From the IMG/VR virus record IMGVR_UViG_3300047157_000170: a stretch of 64,000 nucleotides of DNA. One strand, written 5' to 3'. The DNA comes from an uncultured virus (IMG/VR IMGVR_UViG_3300047157_000170) (taxonomy: Duplodnaviria; Heunggongvirae; Uroviricota; Caudoviricetes). Numbering within the stretch: position 1 is the first letter of the stretch; each line of letters opens with the position of its first letter. Below the pieces are notes generated by a model. That model made no database searches, was not told the DNA's origin, and saw only the letters and a program-made list of their open reading frames with translations. Positions 59,988 to 64,000 of the stretch are shown here, in pieces. A program made the translations under genes and the position numbers.

Positions 59988-61569
59988 AGGATATCTAGGT
60001 AATTCCCAAGTAAAAAGAAGTGGGGTTGCCGAAGAATGGGATGACCAAAAGGTTCAAGAGTATTTAAGATGTACTCGTGACCCAGCTTATTTCATATCAA
60101 AATACATAAAAATCATATCACTAGATGAGGGGTTAGTACCATTCAAACTCTATGAATATCAAGAAAATCTTATTAATCACTTTAATGATAACAGGTTTAA
60201 CATTGTCCTTGCCTGTAGACAATCTGGAAAGTCAATCACAGTATGTGCCTACCTTCTTTGGTATCTCTTGTTCCACCCAGAACAAACAGTGGCCATACTT
60301 GCAAACAAAGGTGCTACAGCAAGAGAGATGTTATCTCGTATAACAACCATGTTGGAAAATGTACCATTCTTTTTACAGCCAGGCACTAAAGCACTAAACA
60401 AAGGAAGTATTGATTTTGAAAACAATTCTAGAATCCTTGCATCAGCAACTACTACATCATCGATTCGTGGTTTATCTGTTAACCTTCTTTATCTTGATGA
60501 GTTTGCCTTTGTAGAAAATGCAGAACCATTTTATACTGGTACATATCCAGTAATTACATCTGGTAAAAACTCGAAGGTTATTATTACATCTACTGCAAAT
60601 GGAGTGGGTAATATGTTCCATCGTATCTGGGAATCCTCAGTTACAGGGTCAAATGAGTTTGCAAACTACCAAGTTAACTGGAATGATGTGCCAGGCAGAG
60701 ATGAAAGGTGGAAGGAAACTACCATTGCAAATACATCTGAGTTACAGTTTGAACAAGAATTTGGTAATTCGTTCTTAGGAACAGGGAGAACATTAATACC
60801 ATCTAATGTAATTTTAGGACTAATGTCTGAAAATCCTCAAGAATTATATGGTCAATGTAGGGTTTATAAAAAACCTAAACCCCATCATGAGTATATAATG
60901 ACTGTTGATGTTGCAGAAGGTAAAGGATTAGACTACTCAACATTTACTATATTTGATATACATGATGGTAATATGTTTGAACAAGTATGTACATTTAGAG
61001 ATAATATGATATCTCCTATGTTATTACCAGATATATGTGCAAAATATGGTAAGTTATATAACGATGCACTTATTATCGTAGAGAATAATAATCAAGGTAC
61101 AATGGTATGTAGAGAGTTATATTACGAACTAGAATATGAAAATATGTTCATGACTAGTTCTGTAAAAGCAGATGGAATAGGAGTTAGAATGACCAAGAAG
61201 GTCAAAGCACAGGGATGTGCAGCTCTTAGAGAGATAATGGAAGAGAATAAACTCTATATAAGAGACTCAGACACTATCCAAGAGTTTGCAACCTTTGTAT
61301 CAAAAGGACAATCTTGGCAAGCAGATGGTGGTTGTCATGACGATATGGTGATGAATTGTGTTATGTTTGCATGGTTTGTTAGTACACCATTGTTTAAAGA
61401 TATGTCAAGTGCAGACTTAAAATCTATGTTATATGCAGAAAAACAAAAAGAAATTGAAGACGATATAGTCCCAATAGGTATTATAGGTACTGGTCATGAT
61501 AAGTTATTCAAAGAAGGTGGAGATGTTTGGACAGTTGTGGATAATGATGACACTTATGGGACTTTTTAA
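59968..61569 (+). CDS. 17: Terminase large subunit gp17
   Basis: YLGN...K, RQSGKS (Walker A), LYLDEFAF (Walker B), F.QEF...FLG, DVAEG.G.DYS, HDD.VM. Confidence 0.98.
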   Translation: MPKPKNEGYLGNSQVKRSGVAEEWDDQKVQEYLRCTRDPAYFISKYIKIISLDEGLVPFKLYEYQENLINHFNDNRFNIVLACRQSGKSITVCAYLLWYLLFHPEQTVAILANKGATAREMLSRITTMLENVPFFLQPGTKALNKGSIDFENNSRILASATTTSSIRGLSVNLLYLDEFAFVENAEPFYTGTYPVITSGKNSKVIITSTANGVGNMFHRIWESSVTGSNEFANYQVNWNDVPGRDERWKETTIANTSELQFEQEFGNSFLGTGRTLIPSNVILGLMSENPQELYGQCRVYKKPKPHHEYIMTVDVAEGKGLDYSTFTIFDIHDGNMFEQVCTFRDNMISPMLLPDICAKYGKLYNDALIIVENNNQGTMVCRELYYELEYENMFMTSSVKADGIGVRMTKKVKAQGCAALREIMEENKLYIRDSDTIQEFATFVSKGQSWQADGGCHDDMVMNCVMFAWFVSTPLFKDMSSADLKSMLYAEKQKEIEDDIVPIGIIGTGHDKLFKEGGDVWTVVDNDDTYGTF

Positions 61570-61658
61570 AATCAAAGAAATACTAAATACTATGGACGAA
61601 CAACAATTAATGTGGTTCTGTCAGAATAGAAATAAACTTTTTATGGGAGAAAACTAAA

Positions 61659-63690
61659 ATGGCATTTCAAGTATCACCTGGCGTACAAGTCAGAGAAATC
61701 GATGTTACAAATGTAGTTCCAGCTATTTCATCAAGTATTGGTGCATTCGCTGGTGAATTTAGTTGGGGCCCAGTTGATGAAGTTAGAACTATATCATCCG
61801 AGAAGGAATTGGTAGGAGTGTTTGGAGAACCTAAAGACGCAGGTAGCGATGGTTACAATACTGTACTTGGGAAGAAAGAACACTTTTATTCAGCTGCAAA
61901 CTTTTTAAAATATGGAAATAATTTAAAAATAGTTCGTGGGCATAATGGTATTGCCGCAGGTCAAACTGGGCAAATGCTTAATGCAACAACAGGTTCAGCT
62001 GGAATACTAATTAAAAACCCTACACATTACTATGAGTCAAACTACCATTCTGGTAGTGCAGCTGGTAGTGCTGGATTATTTTCAGCAAGATGTGTTGGTT
62101 CTCTTGGTAATAGTTTAAAAATATCTATGTGTACAAGTGCTAATGCATTTCAACAAGCTTCTGTTACTACTGTTTCCGATAGTAGTATTTCAGTAGGTCA
62201 TACACAAATTACTGTCGCAGATGGTACTAAATTTGTAGTTGGTGACTTAATTGCTTTTGCTAATTCAGCAGATGTATACAAAATATCAGCAATATCATCA
62301 AATGATATAACATTCCACTTAATCTCAGATAGTTCTCAAGGACTACAAGTTGTACCAACTAATGGTTCAAACATTTCTAGAGGGTGGGAATTTGCAAGTA
62401 ACTTTACTAAAGCTCCTGGCTCTAGTCCAGATGCAATTGCAAATAGTTCATCTTTAGATGAAGTACATGTCATTGTTATTGATGAAGATGGTAAGATTAC
62501 AGGTATACCTGGCGAAATCTTAGAAGTATTTGAAGGTCTTTCACAAGCATCAGATGCTAAAGATGCAGAAGGTAACTCTAATTACTATGTTGATAAAATA
62601 AGATATAACTCTAATTACATTTTCTGGACAAACCACGATTCAACTACATCAGAAGCAGGAAACACATTTGCAGTTGCTGGAGCAGCTTTTGTACAACATA
62701 CCTTACCTTTAGGTGGGTCTTTGTCACATGGAGTAGATGGATATCCTTTATCTTCTGGAGCAAAAAACACAGCAAACACCACATTTTTTGGTGATGCTGA
62801 AACTCAAGATGTTGACTTTATAATTGCAGGGCCCACTAGATGGGTATGCATCTGGTAGTGTAGTATCTACACTTGCAGAAGCAACAACTCAAGCAAATAA
62901 TTTAATCGCATTATGTGAAGCACGAAAAGATTGCATGGCAGTCATTTCACCTCGTAAAGCTGATTGTGTAAACAACAGTGGAAGTGAGTCAACAAGTGTT
63001 ATTGCATTTGCAGAAACATTAACTTCAAGTTCATATGCAGTAATGGATAGTGCATGGTGTTATCAGTACGATAAGTACACTGATAATTACTGTTACATAC
63101 CTTCTTGTTCACATACAGCAGGTGTAATGGCAAGAACTGATTCCGATAGGGATGCATGGTTCTCACCAGCAGGATTTAGTAGAGGACAAATTTTAGGTAT
63201 TACTAAATTATCCTTTAATCCTAATCAATCAGAAAGAGATGCACTATATAAGAAGAGAGTAAATCCATTAGTAACATTCCCTGGCCAAGGGACTGTATTG
63301 TTTGGAGATAAAACTTTACTTTCGAGTGCAAGTGCATTTGATAGAATTAATGTTAGAAGATTATTCATTGTCATGGAGAAAGCAATCGCAACTGCAGCTA
63401 AATTCCAATTATTCGAATTTAACGATGCATTTACAAGAGCTCAATTTAGAGCAACGATTGAACCTTTCCTAAGACAAGTAAAAGGAAGACGAGGAATAGT
63501 AGATTTCCAAGTTGTTTGTGATGACACAAATAACTCACAAGCAATTGTGGATGCAAATCAATTCCAAGCGTCTATTTTCGTTAAACCTAATAGAAGTATC
63601 AACTTCATCACACTAAACTTCGTTGCAGCTAGGTCTGGTGTAGAATTCGAAGAAGTATATGGTGCAACTAATACCCAGTATGGAAACTAA
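61659..63690 (+). CDS. 18: Tail sheath gp18 (frameshift near 62830)
   Basis: FQVSPGV..REID.T, F.WGP, AANFL.YG; WFSPAG..RG, GDKT, FDRINVRRLF, KP.RSINFI.LNF. Confidence 0.95.
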
Positions 63691-63700
63691 GGAGTAAGAC

Positions 63701-64000
63701 ATGGCAACTATAGATGAATTTAAGTCGCAGTTGATAGCTGGTGGAGTTCGTTCCAACAGATTTAAAGTCTTTGTACCTAGAATGGGTGAGAACATAGAAT
63801 TTATGTGCAAAACTGCCGCAATTCCTGGCTCAACCCTTCCAGTAGTCGAAGTACCTTTTAGAGGTCATAGACTTAAAATTGCTGGGGATAGGACTTTCGA
63901 AGATTGGACAATTACAGTAATCAACGATGTAAACTTTACTGCTAGAACAGCAGTAGAACAATGGATGGAAAGCATACAAGAATTAGATAGTGGTGTTGGT
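63701..64000 (+). CDS. 19: Tail tube gp19 (truncated by window end)
   Basis: I.EFKS.L..GG.R.NRF.V, FMCK.A.IPGS, VPFRG..LKIAGDRTFEDWTITV.ND. Confidence 0.93.
   Translation, partial: MATIDEFKSQLIAGGVRSNRFKVFVPRMGENIEFMCKTAAIPGSTLPVVEVPFRGHRLKIAGDRTFEDWTITVINDVNFTARTAVEQWMESIQELDSGVG

Noticed and set aside
59968..61569. Intein or intron in terminase large subunit
   Set aside because: 533 aa contiguous ORF of normal size with no splicing motifs or homing endonuclease
480..62840. Many split genes (near 490, 5001, 8805, 9135, 12012, 18990, 21412, 33680/33780, 42670, 55040, 62830) as pseudogenes or programmed frameshifts
   Set aside because: They hit essential genes (gp59, gp53, gp18, VrlC), and several lie at C/G homopolymers; long-read indel errors are the simplest explanation
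1..64000. Genome-wide stop-codon reassignment
   Set aside because: Long genes are open in the standard code, and TAG, TGA and TAA all end genes at expected positions; only the gp26/gp51 junction is anomalous

Overview
This is 64 kb of an AT-rich T4-like myovirus genome, probably marine. Positions 1-11.5 kb are an accessory/replication region: four 2OG-Fe(II) oxygenases, a DenV-like glycosylase, a SET domain, an exonuclease, iscU, a Mom-like GNAT, gp33, ribosomal protein bS21, gp59 and gp32. The rest is a virion module: gp26/51/54/2/4/48/53, hub, panD, gp5, gp25, gp6, gp7, gp8, a VrlC-like protein, several tail fibres, a fibre-linked oxygenase/kinase cluster, and gp13-gp19. About a dozen single-base indels, often at C/G runs, split essential genes and are most likely sequencing errors. 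Five observations stand out. (1) A 559-aa fibre-associated protein has about 20 outgoing RP repeats mirrored in length by the returning repeats, with a strict repeat-type pairing code; this suggests a giant antiparallel hairpin needle, and it lies beside putative modifying enzymes. (2) A strand-polarity switch of the motif CCGA/TCGG sits near 20 kb, next to five TGGGACTCCTA direct repeats (candidate replication origin). (3) A start-less gp51 follows a slippery site at the end of gp26. (4) Two structured intergenic RNA candidates are present. (5) There is a context-dependent restriction-site avoidance pattern. All calls come from reading the sequence and recalled family motifs; no searches or counts were run.
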